Below, piece after piece: positions 34,115 through 44,000 of a DNA stretch of 54,096 nt. The position numbers and the translations under genes were made by a program. Location of the stretch: the NCBI GenBank assembly GCA_964453635.1, contig CAYVSK010000003.1:7922-62017 (forward strand). The letters are read 5' to 3'. The notes under the pieces are model-generated. The model did not search any database and was not told the origin of the DNA. It saw nothing but the letters and a program-made list of their open reading frames with translations. Every line of letters begins with the position of its first letter. Within the stretch, counting starts at the first letter, position 1. The DNA is from an uncultured Weeksellaceae bacterium (lineage in GTDB: Bacteria; Bacteroidota; Bacteroidia; Flavobacteriales_D; CAYVSK01).

Positions 34115-35255
34115 AGCCCGTTTTTAACGATCGGATCAGACGATCGACCTCTTCTTCACTGTTATGATAATGAAAACAAAAACGGATGCGCTCCTTCCCT
34201 TTCGGGACGGTCGGACTCCGGATGGGTTTTACATCGAAACCATCCCGTTGAAGGAATTCGGCCAACCTTTGAACATCCTCGTTCCCGGGAACGAACAATC
34301 CTTTGATGTGCGAACGGGAGGGTAGCGATCCGAACGGGACCTCCGCCCCAACGGACCGGTCAAAGCGCTGAGCAAGACCTTGGACCCATTCTGCCCGTTC
34401 CCGCTCATTCCGGGCCACCTGAAAAGCCTCTTTGATGGCCAGAAGGGTTGTTTCAGGCAAGCCAGTGGAATAAATAAAGTGACGCGCAAAATTTACCAGA
34501 AAATATTTGAGTGTCAGATCGCCAAGCACAATGGCCCCCTGTGTGCCCAGCGCCTTACCAAAGGTGCACACCCGCGCAAAAACCCGTTCTTCCAGACCAT
34601 GGGAAGGCACGACCCCTTCCCCGTGCTCACCCTTCATGCCAACAGCGTGCGCTTCATCAACGATCAGGTAGCATTCTTCCCGGTCTTTCATGGATTCGAG
34701 CAGCTCCCTTAAAGGCGCCTCATCACCATCCATCGAATAAAGCGATTCGACAACAACGAAAACCCTGCCCCGGGCCTTTGCGATCTTTTTTCTGAGGTCC
34801 TCCGGATCGTTGTGTCTAAAGGAAAAGGAACGGGCCATCCCGATGCGGACCCCATCCCGTATGGAAGCATGGACCAGTTCATCAAAGACAACGGTATCGT
34901 GGCGCCCCGGGACCGAACCAAGAAGACCGATATTCGCATCGTATCCGGAATTAAAGACCAACCCCGCTTCCGCCTTGAACCATTCCGGTAAGTCCTGTTC
35001 CAGCTCGGCATAAAGGGGGGAATTACCCGAGATCAATCGAGACCCTGTAGCACCGAGACAGGGATCGAGCTCCCTGACGGCCTTCCGGACCCGTTCCTTC
35101 AGTTTCGGATCCCGGGCCAACCCCAGAAAATCGTTGGATGAAAGATCCGTTTTCGGGATGGTAGGGACGGAAAGATCACGAAAAGCGCCTGTATCCACAC
35201 GTTCTTTCAGGTATGAAAAAAGGAAGTCTCTATTTCGGCCATCCTTGACACCCAT
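34080..35255 (-). CDS. bioF: 8-amino-7-oxononanoate synthase
   Basis: 391-aa ORF with GSRLISG, DEAHAVG, SLYSMDGD and TFGKALG (the PLP lysine). Confidence 0.9.
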   Translation of the reverse strand: MGVKDGRNRDFLFSYLKERVDTGAFRDLSVPTIPKTDLSSNDFLGLARDPKLKERVRKAVRELDPCLGATGSRLISGNSPLYAELEQDLPEWFKAEAGLVFNSGYDANIGLLGSVPGRHDTVVFDELVHASIRDGVRIGMARSFSFRHNDPEDLRKKIAKARGRVFVVVESLYSMDGDEAPLRELLESMKDREECYLIVDEAHAVGMKGEHGEGVVPSHGLEERVFARVCTFGKALGTQGAIVLGDLTLKYFLVNFARHFIYSTGLPETTLLAIKEAFQVARNERERAEWVQGLAQRFDRSVGAEVPFGSLPSRSHIKGLFVPGNEDVQRLAEFLQRDGFDVKPIRSPTVPKGKERIRFCFHYHNSEEEVDRLIRSLKTGYDQLFRDGNRN

Positions 35256-35264
35256 CCTGATGGC

Positions 35265-35978
35265 TCACTTAAGATGAGCCCGAACCCCGAAATTCATACC
35301 ATAGGACAGAAGCTCGTGATAGATCGCACCTGCAGGCTCCCGCCGGGCATTATCGAAGTGTTTGAACTCAAACGCGGGCCTGAGAAGAAGGTAAAAACGG
35401 TCCGCCAAATTCCAGGTACCGACAATACCAGTATTAAAAAAATAAGTAGCCCCCAGCCTTCGTTCTCCGAAGAGACTCAAACTGGTGACCCGGGTGAATC
35501 CGTAATATCCACCCCGTACATTGACATTCAGGGCAAGATCCTCGTGCTCAAGAAGGGAGAGCGGAAACTCACCTTGCAAAAAGAACATATCGAAACGGAA
35601 ATTCTCGACAAACGAGATAGGGTCCCTAAAAACAGGGGACTCTACCTGGATCTCGTAAAGAACGAATTCCTCAAAAGCGATCCCCATTCCGACCCGCACA
35701 TCCTTCAGGGGAGCGAGCACTTCGACCTCATAGGAATTGTAAGTGCTTTGGGCCGTCAAACGGTGGTCACCGGAAACGATCTTCTTCCCGTCCCGTCTTA
35801 CAAGCTCATATCCTTCGGTCCTGGAGTACCAATCCGTGACCCCTTTTCCGGCGGACAGGCCGAAAAAATACCGGTGGTCCTTCTCTGCGTTGTAATAGCT
35901 GCTTTGCTGAGCAAAAGACCCTATGGGCAGTGAAAGCACAAGGGTCAAAAGGATTATTGCAGGATTACACGCTTTCAC
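35265..35978 (-). CDS. hypothetical exported protein, beta-barrel-like, embedded in the bio operon
   Basis: 237-aa ORF with a GTG start. Signal peptide [25 protein letters not shown]. Alternating aromatic/hydrophobic strand-like segments ([65 protein letters not shown]). It overlaps the bioB stop by 14 nt and lies 9 nt from bioF. Confidence 0.55.
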   Translation of the reverse strand: MKACNPAIILLTLVLSLPIGSFAQQSSYYNAEKDHRYFFGLSAGKGVTDWYSRTEGYELVRRDGKKIVSGDHRLTAQSTYNSYEVEVLAPLKDVRVGMGIAFEEFVLYEIQVESPVFRDPISFVENFRFDMFFLQGEFPLSLLEHEDLALNVNVRGGYYGFTRVTSLSLFGERRLGATYFFNTGIVGTWNLADRFYLLLRPAFEFKHFDNARREPAGAIYHELLSYGMNFGVRAHLK

Positions 35979-37023
35979 TTTCAGGGGACGTACGATGAGG
36001 ATCCACTTCTTTCGCTCCCTGAGAGACGGATGAACCCTCTTCCGGTTGCCTATCTCCTTTAAAAGCGGCCCGGGGCTTCAGGTCGAGGGTCTGGAACAAT
36101 TGCATGTCTTCGTTATACTCGGGGTTCGGGGTCGTGAGCAATTTGTCACCAGCAAAAATGGAATTGGCCCCGGCCAGGAAGCACAAGGCATGCCCTTCTT
36201 CGTTCATCTGGGTCCGACCCGCCGAAAGACGGACCGTGCTTTTGGGCATAATGATCCGGGCGGTCGCGATCAAACGGACACGGTCCCATACCGGCACGTG
36301 AGACTGGTCCTCAAGCGGGGTCCCTTCGACCGGGACGAGCGCATTGATGGGAACGGACTCCGGATGGGGATCGAAGTTCGCCAGGGTCCGCAACATTTCA
36401 CAACGGTCCTCCACTGTCTCCCCCATGCCAATGATACCGCCTGTGCACATGGTAACCTTCGTATTCCGAACATTCTGAAGGGTATCGATCCGGTCCTGGT
36501 AATCGCGGGTAGAAATGATCCGGTTGTAGAAATCCTCCGAGGTATCCACATTGTGATTATACGCGTAGAGACCTGCTTCTTCCAGCTTTTTGGCCTGCTC
36601 CTCTGTGAGCATACCGAGGGTACAACAAACCTCCATGCCCATGCCAGTGATCTCCCTGACCATGTCCAGGACCTTATCAAAATCCCGGTTATTGCGCACC
36701 TCGCGCCAGGCAGCACCGAGACAAACACGAGAAGCCCCGTTCTCACGGGCATTCTTGGCATGCTCGACCACATCTTCTTTGGGCATGAGTTTATGAACAT
36801 CCACACCGGTCTGGTATCGAGCTGCCTGTGGACAATAACTACAATCCTCGGGGCAACCCCCGGTCTTGATAGAGAGGAGAGAACTTACCTGGACCTCGTG
36901 GGGATCATGATATTTTCGATGGACCGTAGCGGCCCTGTATACCAAGTCCATAAAAGGCATATTGTGGATCTCGAGGATCTCTTCCTGGGTCCAGTCGAAT
37001 CGAATGTCTTCTGCTTGACTCAT
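35965..37023 (-). CDS. bioB: biotin synthase (radical SAM)
   Basis: 352-aa ORF with [10 protein letters not shown] (CxxxCxxC) and GGIIGMGE. It has a ~35-aa hydrophilic C-terminal tail. Confidence 0.9.
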   Translation of the reverse strand: MSQAEDIRFDWTQEEILEIHNMPFMDLVYRAATVHRKYHDPHEVQVSSLLSIKTGGCPEDCSYCPQAARYQTGVDVHKLMPKEDVVEHAKNARENGASRVCLGAAWREVRNNRDFDKVLDMVREITGMGMEVCCTLGMLTEEQAKKLEEAGLYAYNHNVDTSEDFYNRIISTRDYQDRIDTLQNVRNTKVTMCTGGIIGMGETVEDRCEMLRTLANFDPHPESVPINALVPVEGTPLEDQSHVPVWDRVRLIATARIIMPKSTVRLSAGRTQMNEEGHALCFLAGANSIFAGDKLLTTPNPEYNEDMQLFQTLDLKPRAAFKGDRQPEEGSSVSQGAKEVDPHRTSPESESV

Positions 37024-37054
37024 TTTGAAAGGGTTTATGAAGCCGGGCCCGCGG

Positions 37055-37083
37055 CCCTGTTATAGACAGAGGTCTTAACAGGG
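37055..37083. promoter_or_regulatory. perfect 8-bp inverted repeat (CCCTGTTA-N13-TAACAGGG), candidate operator or leader hairpin for the bio operon
   Basis: Read directly from the sequence. It abuts the bioB -7 box (37084-37091) on its downstream side, so it should cover the transcription start region. Confidence 0.4.
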
Positions 37084-37091
37084 CAAATATA
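37084..37091 (-). promoter_or_regulatory. putative -7 promoter box TATATTTG for bioB
   Basis: Exact TAnnTTTG on the minus strand, 60 nt upstream of ATG 37023. Confidence 0.45.
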
Positions 37092-37199
37092 ATATCTGGG
37101 GTGGAACGACCCATTTTCCCCCCTATTTCTTCCTGACGAACGCGGGATCGACATGTTTCAAGGTCGGCAAGCCAGGCATCCTTCCTAACTTCGTGCCAT

Positions 37200-37874
37200 A
37201 TGCGCATCGATATTCTCAGCGCGGTGCCTTCACTCCTGGAAAGCCCTTTCTCCCATTCCATTGTGAAAAGGGCCAGGGACCATGGGATCGTGGATCTCAG
37301 GCTCCATGATCTTCACGATCACACGGAAAACAAACACCGAAAGATCGATGCACCCCCTTATGGAGGAGGGGCCGGGATGGTCCTCCGGGTGGAACCCGTG
37401 GCAAATTGTATCGAGGCCCTGCAAAAGGAGAGAAGGTATGACGAGATCATCTATACCACACCAGAAGGGGCTTCCTTCGATCAGAAGACCGCGACCGAAT
37501 TGGCGACCGATCAGGCCCTGATCATCCTCTGCGGCCACTACAAGGGCATCGATGAACGAATAAGGGAACTTTTCATTACACGCGAGATCTCAGTTGGTGA
37601 TTTTGTTCTTTCCGGGGGAGAATTGCCAGCGGCCATGATCGCTGATGCGGTCATTAGACTCGTACCAGGGGTTTTGGGTGATGAAACCGCAGCCTTTACA
37701 GATTCCTTTCAGGAAGGACAGCTCGCTCCGCCCCTTTATACAAGACCAAAAGAGTTCCGCAGCAGAAAGGTACCCGATATATTGTTATCGGGAGACCACA
37801 AGAAAATTGAAGAATGGCAGGAAGAAAGGGCGCAGGAAAAAACCCGAACAAAAAGACCGGACCGCGATGTTTAG
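37200..37874 (+). CDS. trmD: tRNA (guanine37-N1)-methyltransferase
   Basis: 224-aa ORF with IDILSAVP, PYGGGAGMV, LICGHYKGIDERI and SVGDFVLSGGELPA. Confidence 0.9.
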   Translation: MRIDILSAVPSLLESPFSHSIVKRARDHGIVDLRLHDLHDHTENKHRKIDAPPYGGGAGMVLRVEPVANCIEALQKERRYDEIIYTTPEGASFDQKTATELATDQALIILCGHYKGIDERIRELFITREISVGDFVLSGGELPAAMIADAVIRLVPGVLGDETAAFTDSFQEGQLAPPLYTRPKEFRSRKVPDILLSGDHKKIEEWQEERAQEKTRTKRPDRDV

Positions 37875-39327
37875 AGACCATATCAAATCCCTCCAGAAAA
37901 AGGCCTCTCCCCTGGAGCCCAGTGAAACAGAACGCCGGGAACTAACGGAAAAAGTGGTCCGGCACGGAGAAGATTTTCTCGAGGAACTCCCCGAACTTCC
38001 CGCCTATAATGTGGAGGGGGATGGTCATCCCCTTTCGGAGGATGACCTCACGCAACCGGAGGAAAGCATCGACCGGGTCCTGAACACCTATCGCGAGCAT
38101 GTCAATGGTCCTGGCCTCAATCCAGCATCCGGGGGGCATTTAGGATATATCCCGGGCGGGGGCATATTCCATTCAGCCCTCGGCGATTTCCTGGCGGCCG
38201 TCACCAACCGCTATGCTGGCGTATATTTTGCTTCACCGGGTGCCGTCAGGATGGAGAACAAACTTCTCCAATGGATGGCGGATATTGTGGGATATCCCTC
38301 GACAAGCCTCGGAAACATCACTTCAGGTGGAAGCATCGCCAACCTGATAGCCGTTGTAACGGCCAGGCAAGCACACGGATTAAAGGGAAAGGACCTTGAA
38401 AGAACGGTCATTTACAGCACCACCCATGTCCACCACTGCATGGACAAAGCGTTCAGAATAGCGGGTGTCGGGGAATGCATCAGGCGTCATATACCCATGG
38501 ATGAACGTTTTCGGATGGATCCCGAGGCGCTCGAAGGGACCATCCGGGACGATCGTGCCAACGGACTATATCCCTGGTTCCTCGTCGGGTCCGCTGGCAC
38601 GACCGATACCGGGGCGATCGACCCCCTCCGGGAATTGGCAGGAGTTGCTGAAAAAGAGGGGTTGTGGTACCACGTGGACGGGGCCTATGGGGCCTTTTTT
38701 CAATTGACCGAAAGCATCGGGGATCGCCTCAAGGGCATGGAGGCATCCGATTCTCTGGTAATGGACCCGCACAAAGGACTTTTTTTGCCATATGGCAGCG
38801 GTGTGGTCCTGATCAGGGAAGGGGAAAAACTAAGAAAGGCCCACCATTTCCAGGCGGATTATATGCAGGACGCAGCTGAGATGAACGATGTGGCTTCCCC
38901 TGCCGAACTTTCACCGGAATTAACGCGCCATTTCCGGGGGCTTCGTCTATGGCTACCCCTTAAATTGCTCGGTGTCGAACCATTCCGGGCCGGACTCGAA
39001 GAAAAATTGGCCCTGGCTCAATACCTTGCCAAGGAACTCAGGAATAAGGAACATTTCCAATTGTTCGATGACCCCCAACTGAGCGTAGTGACCTTCCGCT
39101 ACCTTCCGGAAAGTGGCGACCCGGACCTGGCGAACAAAGATCTGAACGATGCCATCCGGAAAGATGGCCGCGTCTTCCTATCCTCTACCCGGATCCATGG
39201 ACATTACGCACTCAGAGCCGCGATCCTAGCCTTTCGTACGCACCTCCATACCATCGATACCTTGCTGACCGTGCTCGATGAAAAGGTGGCGGAGATCGCC
39301 CCAAAAGAATCGGGGGTCAAGGAATGA
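37867..39327 (+). CDS. group II PLP-dependent amino-acid decarboxylase (aromatic-L-amino-acid / tyrosine / DABA decarboxylase-like)
   Basis: Start moved to ATG 37867 (MFRDHIKSLQ), giving an 8-nt overlap with the trmD stop. Motifs SGGSIANL, HVDGAYGA and DPHKGLFLPYGSG (the PLP lysine). Confidence 0.75.
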   Translation: MFRDHIKSLQKKASPLEPSETERRELTEKVVRHGEDFLEELPELPAYNVEGDGHPLSEDDLTQPEESIDRVLNTYREHVNGPGLNPASGGHLGYIPGGGIFHSALGDFLAAVTNRYAGVYFASPGAVRMENKLLQWMADIVGYPSTSLGNITSGGSIANLIAVVTARQAHGLKGKDLERTVIYSTTHVHHCMDKAFRIAGVGECIRRHIPMDERFRMDPEALEGTIRDDRANGLYPWFLVGSAGTTDTGAIDPLRELAGVAEKEGLWYHVDGAYGAFFQLTESIGDRLKGMEASDSLVMDPHKGLFLPYGSGVVLIREGEKLRKAHHFQADYMQDAAEMNDVASPAELSPELTRHFRGLRLWLPLKLLGVEPFRAGLEEKLALAQYLAKELRNKEHFQLFDDPQLSVVTFRYLPESGDPDLANKDLNDAIRKDGRVFLSSTRIHGHYALRAAILAFRTHLHTIDTLLTVLDEKVAEIAPKESGVKE

Positions 39328-39426
39328 GAAGCGCTATGATCCCGTCAGGGACGCAAAAGATCGCAAAACAAGTCAGGCAAGAAGAACTTATTGCCCCCGA
39401 GTGGGATGATATGCAAGGGTTCAGGA

Positions 39427-40716
39427 TCAGCGTTGATCCATCGGAACGTAATCCCGTTTATTGAATCCCACGTAGACCTGCCTGGGCCGTCCAATGGGCT
39501 CCTTGCTCTCGGTCATTTCCTTCCATTGTGCGATCCATCCCGGCAAACGACCGATCGCGAACATGACCGTGAACATGTCCATCGGAATACCAATGGCCCG
39601 GTAAATGATGCCCGAATAAAAATCTACATTGGGATACAAGCCCCGCTCGACGAAATAATCATCCGAGAGCGCCGTCTCTTCGAGCTTTTTGGCAATATCA
39701 AGAACGGGATCGTGCACGCCGAGCTTCTCCAACACCTCGTCACAATTCTTTTTAATGATTCGGGCCCGCGGATCGAAATTCTTGTAAACCCGGTGCCCAA
39801 AACCCATTAAGCGGAAGGGATCGTCCTTGTCCTTCGCTTTCTCAAGGAATTTTTTGAGGTCTCCCCCATCGTTCCGAATGTGTTCGAGCATCTCGATCAC
39901 GGCCTGATTGGCCCCGCCGTGCAGTGGACCCCAAAGGGCATTGACGCCGGCCGATATTGAGGAATAAAGGTTGGCCTGGGAGGATCCCACGATCCGAACA
40001 GTAGAAGCCGAGCAGTTCTGTTCGTGATCAGCGTGCAGGATCAATAGCTTGTCAAGGGCATCCGCCACCACCGGATCCGGCTCATAGGATTCGGTGGGCA
40101 TGGCGAACATCATGTGGAGGAAATTCTCACAATACTGAAGCCGGTTCTGGGGATACATGATGGGCTGCCCAACGGAATTCTTATACGCCCAGGCCGCAAG
40201 GGTCGGGATCTTGGCCATTAACCGGTTGATGGTCAGATCGATCGCCCGTGGTGGACGATTGGGGTTCTGGGATTCGGGATAAAAAGTGGAAAGGGAACAG
40301 ACCATAGAGGCCAAAATACCCATGGGATGGGCCTTGGTGGGATAGGCCTCGTAAAAACGCTTCATATCCTCATGAACCAGGGTATGATGATTGATGCTAT
40401 TGTAGAATCGATCGTATTGTTCCTTTTTGGGCAACTCCCCGTATATAAGCAGATAAGCCACTTCCAGGAAAGAGGAATGATGGGCCAGGTCTTCGATGGT
40501 ATAGCCCCGATAGCGCAAAACCCCCTCTTCACCGTTCAAAAAAGTAATGGCACTTTCGGTTGAACCGGTGTTTTTGTATCCTTTATCGAGGGTGATGTAT
40601 TTCGTTTCCGCGCGAAGGCTCGATATATCGATCGCTTTTTCGTTCTCTGTCCCCTCTATAACGGGAAATTCATAGGTCTGGCCTTCCAATTCCAATCTTG
40701 CGGTTTCTTCGCTCAT
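39427..40716 (-). CDS. gltA: citrate synthase
   Basis: Start moved to ATG 40716 (MSEETARLELEGQTYEFPV). Signatures LILHADHEQN and GFGHRVYKNFDPRA. Confidence 0.9.
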   Translation of the reverse strand: MSEETARLELEGQTYEFPVIEGTENEKAIDISSLRAETKYITLDKGYKNTGSTESAITFLNGEEGVLRYRGYTIEDLAHHSSFLEVAYLLIYGELPKKEQYDRFYNSINHHTLVHEDMKRFYEAYPTKAHPMGILASMVCSLSTFYPESQNPNRPPRAIDLTINRLMAKIPTLAAWAYKNSVGQPIMYPQNRLQYCENFLHMMFAMPTESYEPDPVVADALDKLLILHADHEQNCSASTVRIVGSSQANLYSSISAGVNALWGPLHGGANQAVIEMLEHIRNDGGDLKKFLEKAKDKDDPFRLMGFGHRVYKNFDPRARIIKKNCDEVLEKLGVHDPVLDIAKKLEETALSDDYFVERGLYPNVDFYSGIIYRAIGIPMDMFTVMFAIGRLPGWIAQWKEMTESKEPIGRPRQVYVGFNKRDYVPMDQR

Positions 40717-41049
40717 CTTCTTTTCCACTTTTGTTTCGTTACATGATTTGGATCGAACTTGATCGCTATAAATATATAAAACAATTTGAATTCTCTTCAA
40801 AGCCGAAATGGAACGGCTCCCCTTAAAATATCAAGACCCAGGAGCGTCAAAACGGATGAGGGATGTGCTGCATAAAGACCGCATTCCAGCTCCGTCATAA
40901 GAACAAGTGATCACCCCGCCCCCCTGGCTACGGAGTTGACGCTGTGCACAAAATAAGCCAAGAAGCGGATAAGGAAAGCAACGCCGACCGGTAACCCCAT
41001 GAAGGTCCTGAAGCCCCTCGGGTAGCGATCTTTTACCTTTACATATAAG

Positions 41050-44000
41050 ATGGAGCAGATTCCCTTTCATAAAACCACCTCCGATTGGTTCAGGAAAATA
41101 TTTGGTACGCCCACAAACGTTCAGCAAGAAGCCTGGGAATCGATCGGGAGCGGTGAACACACCCTCCTTTCCGCACCAACGGGATCGGGCAAGACCCTGG
41201 CGGCCTTTCTTTCCGCGATCGACGACCTGGTAAAAAAAGCCCGAGCCGGGGACCTGACGGAAGAAACGCAGGTGCTCTATATCTCGCCCCTGAAAGCACT
41301 GAGCAATGACATTGCCACCAACCTACAGAAACCCCTGGAAGGGATCGACCATTCCCTTTTGCAGGAAGGAAAAGCTCCAGCAGGGATCACCACTGCGGTC
41401 CGGACCGGAGACACCCCCTCTTCCCGCCGATCTGCGATGACGGAGCACCCACCCCACATTCTCGTCACCACACCGGAATCGACCTACTTACTACTGACGA
41501 GCGACAAGGGCCGGAAACTTCTCTCGACCATAAGGACAGTCATCGTGGATGAAGTCCACGCTATTATAACCAGCAAACGAGGGTCTCATCTTGCCCTCAG
41601 CCTCGAACGCCTGGAAAGAGTTACTTCCAGCGTCCCTCAAAGAATCGGACTGTCAGCCACGCAAAAGCCGATCGAAAAAGTGGCCCGTTTCCTCTCCGGG
41701 GGAGAAAAAGAGAAAGACCGACCGTGCCGGATCATTGACCAGGGGCATGACCGTTCCATGGATCTGTCCATGGAGTTACCGGATTCCCCCCTTAGCAGCG
41801 TCATGTCAAACCAGGTCTGGAAAGAGGTCCTCACAAGGCTTGATCAACTCATCCGGGACCACGATACCACCATCATTTTCGTCAACACCCGCCGATTGGC
41901 CGAACGGCTCGCTGCTCAACTCGAAGAAAGCAGCGACGAAACACGCGTTACGGCACATCATGGAAGCATGTCCAAAAAAGCCCGGCAACGGGCAGAGGAA
42001 CAACTCAAGGAGGGAAACCTGAAAGCCCTCGTGGCCACCGCCTCACTCGAACTCGGGATCGACATCGGGTCGGTGGACCTCGTTTGTCAGATCGGGAGCT
42101 GCCGGGAAATATCCACCTTCCTTCAACGGATCGGAAGGTCCGGTCATACCCTAAAGCAGACCCCAAAAGGACGCCTTTTCCCGCTCACAAAGGACGAGCT
42201 CGTAGAAGGAACGGGACTTCTCTATGCCGTCCGGCAGAAACTCCTCGATTCCCTTTCTCTGCCGGAAAAACCACTGGACATTCTCGCTCAACAACTCGTC
42301 GCTGAAACGGCGAGTGGAGAGCAGACGGAAACGGAGCTTTACCAGATGGCAAAACGGGCTCACCCCTATAAAAGCCTTCGGAAAAAGGAATTCCAGGATG
42401 TTATCCAAATGCTGGCAGAGGGATTCACGACACGGAAAGGAAAAAGGGGGGCGCTCATTCATCACGACGAGATCAACGGCCGGATCCGTCCCCGCCGGAA
42501 AACACGGCTAACAGCCCTTACAGCGGGTGGAGCGATACCGGATCAGTTCGACATCGACGTGCTGGTGGAGCCGGACCATACCTTCATCGGAACGGTCAAC
42601 GAGGATTTCGCGACCGAAAGCATGGAAGGCGATGTTTTCCAGTTGGGCCATCGCTCCTGGCGTGTCCATGGCATGAGGAACGGCAAGCTTCATGTGGAGG
42701 ACGCCGGGGACCAACCCCCTTCGATTCCCTTCTGGTTCGGAGAAGCGCCGGGCAGAAGCCCCGAACTCTCCTCCTGTATTTCCTTCATTAGAGAACGGGT
42801 GAGCGATGAACTCGGAGAGGTACAACCCCTCGACAAAGCCACATCGGACGACAATGAAAGCAGTGTATTCCCCCAGAGCGGGCTGAACAGTGCCAGGGAG
42901 TGGCTCGATACTCATGCAGGGATCCCGAAAGATGCGGCAGAACAGGTGGTCGAATACCTGGCCACCGGAAAGGCCGCCCTGACCGCTCTTCCCTCAGAGA
43001 ACACCATCGTTCTGGAACGATTCTTTGATGAGGCGGGTGATATGCATCTGGTGATACATGCACCTTTCGGGAGCAGAATGAACAGGGCCTGGGGATTGGC
43101 CCTCCGAAAAAGATTCTGCCGAAAATTCAACTTTGAGCTTCAGGCCGCAGCCTCGGAGGATAGTATCGTACTTTCCCTGAGTACCAGTCACAGCTTCCCC
43201 CTGGAAGAAGTCTTTTCTTACCTGAAGCAAGAAACGGTCCGTGAAGTTCTTATTCAAGCCCTGCTTGACGCACCGACCTTCGAGATCCGTTGGCGATGGA
43301 ATGCCTCCCGCGCCCTTGCCATTCTTCGTCAAAAGGGAGGACAAAGGGTGCCCCCACAGATCCAACGAATGCACGCAGAAGACTTGATCGCCCAAATATT
43401 CCCCGATCAACTCGCTTGCCTTGAAAATATCGAAGGGGAACGGGAGGCACCGGACCATCCCCTTGTCGATCAGACCATTCACGATTGCCTTCACGAGGCT
43501 ATGGACATCGAGAAGCTCGAAAAGACCCTGGAGCGGATCGAGGCAGGAAATATGAAGCTCATTACACGAGATCTCCGGGAACCCTCACCCCTCGCTCAGG
43601 AGATCCTGAATGCTCGACCGTATGCTTTTCTTGACAATGCACCTGCCGAAGAACGGCGGACCAATGCGGTCCGGGCTCGCTCCAGAATGGAACTCCATGA
43701 AGCTGCAAAAGCCGGTGAACTCGACCCCGGAGCCATCGAGAAAGTGGTCGAGGAAGCCCGACCACCTGTACGTAGTGCCGATGAACTTCACGACGCATTA
43801 AGGATCGCCGGTGGTTGGGAGGAAGCGGAAGTCAACGAAAAGGGGTGGTCCGCTTGGCTCAGGGAATTGACCAGGGAAGGAAGAGCTTTTTGCTGGAAAA
43901 CGCCGAAAGGACATTCCATGTGTTTCGCCATGGAAGATCAAAAAAAGATAGCGGCAGCGTTTTCCGAAAAAAATGATACCACCGGAGAAAACGCACGAAC

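Noticed and set aside
35274-35933. A 219-aa plus-strand ORF opposite the bio-operon ORF X.
   Set aside because: The minus-strand frame has a signal peptide, strand-like periodicity and overlap with the bioB stop plus close spacing (9 nt) to the bioF start. The plus frame would be antisense to the whole operon.
35265-35978. The GLSAG (GxSxG) motif in bio-operon ORF X as evidence for a BioH/BioG-type esterase.
   Set aside because: The motif sits about 17 residues after the predicted signal-peptide cleavage site. The rest of the protein looks beta-barrel-like, with no visible His/Asp triad context. I retain it only as an alternative hypothesis in the finding.
36046-37065. A 339-aa plus-strand ORF antisense to bioB.
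   Set aside because: The minus strand encodes an unmistakable radical-SAM BioB ([10 protein letters not shown]) in operon context. The antisense frame has no recognisable features and is a typical shadow ORF.
37055-37083. The bioB palindrome read as a canonical BirA operator.
   Set aside because: The half-site cores (TGTTA/TAACA) are similar, but the spacing is shorter than the classical BirA site. I therefore keep it only as a generic candidate operator or hairpin.
37645-37866. The 74-aa upstream extension of the decarboxylase ORF.
   Set aside because: It lies entirely within trmD in another frame. The conserved decarboxylase sequence starts after Met at 37867.
40831-41160. A 109-aa minus-strand ORF in the gltA-lhr intergenic region.
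   Set aside because: It overlaps the lhr start, is Gly/Arg/Cys-rich with no motif, and lies in a divergent promoter region.
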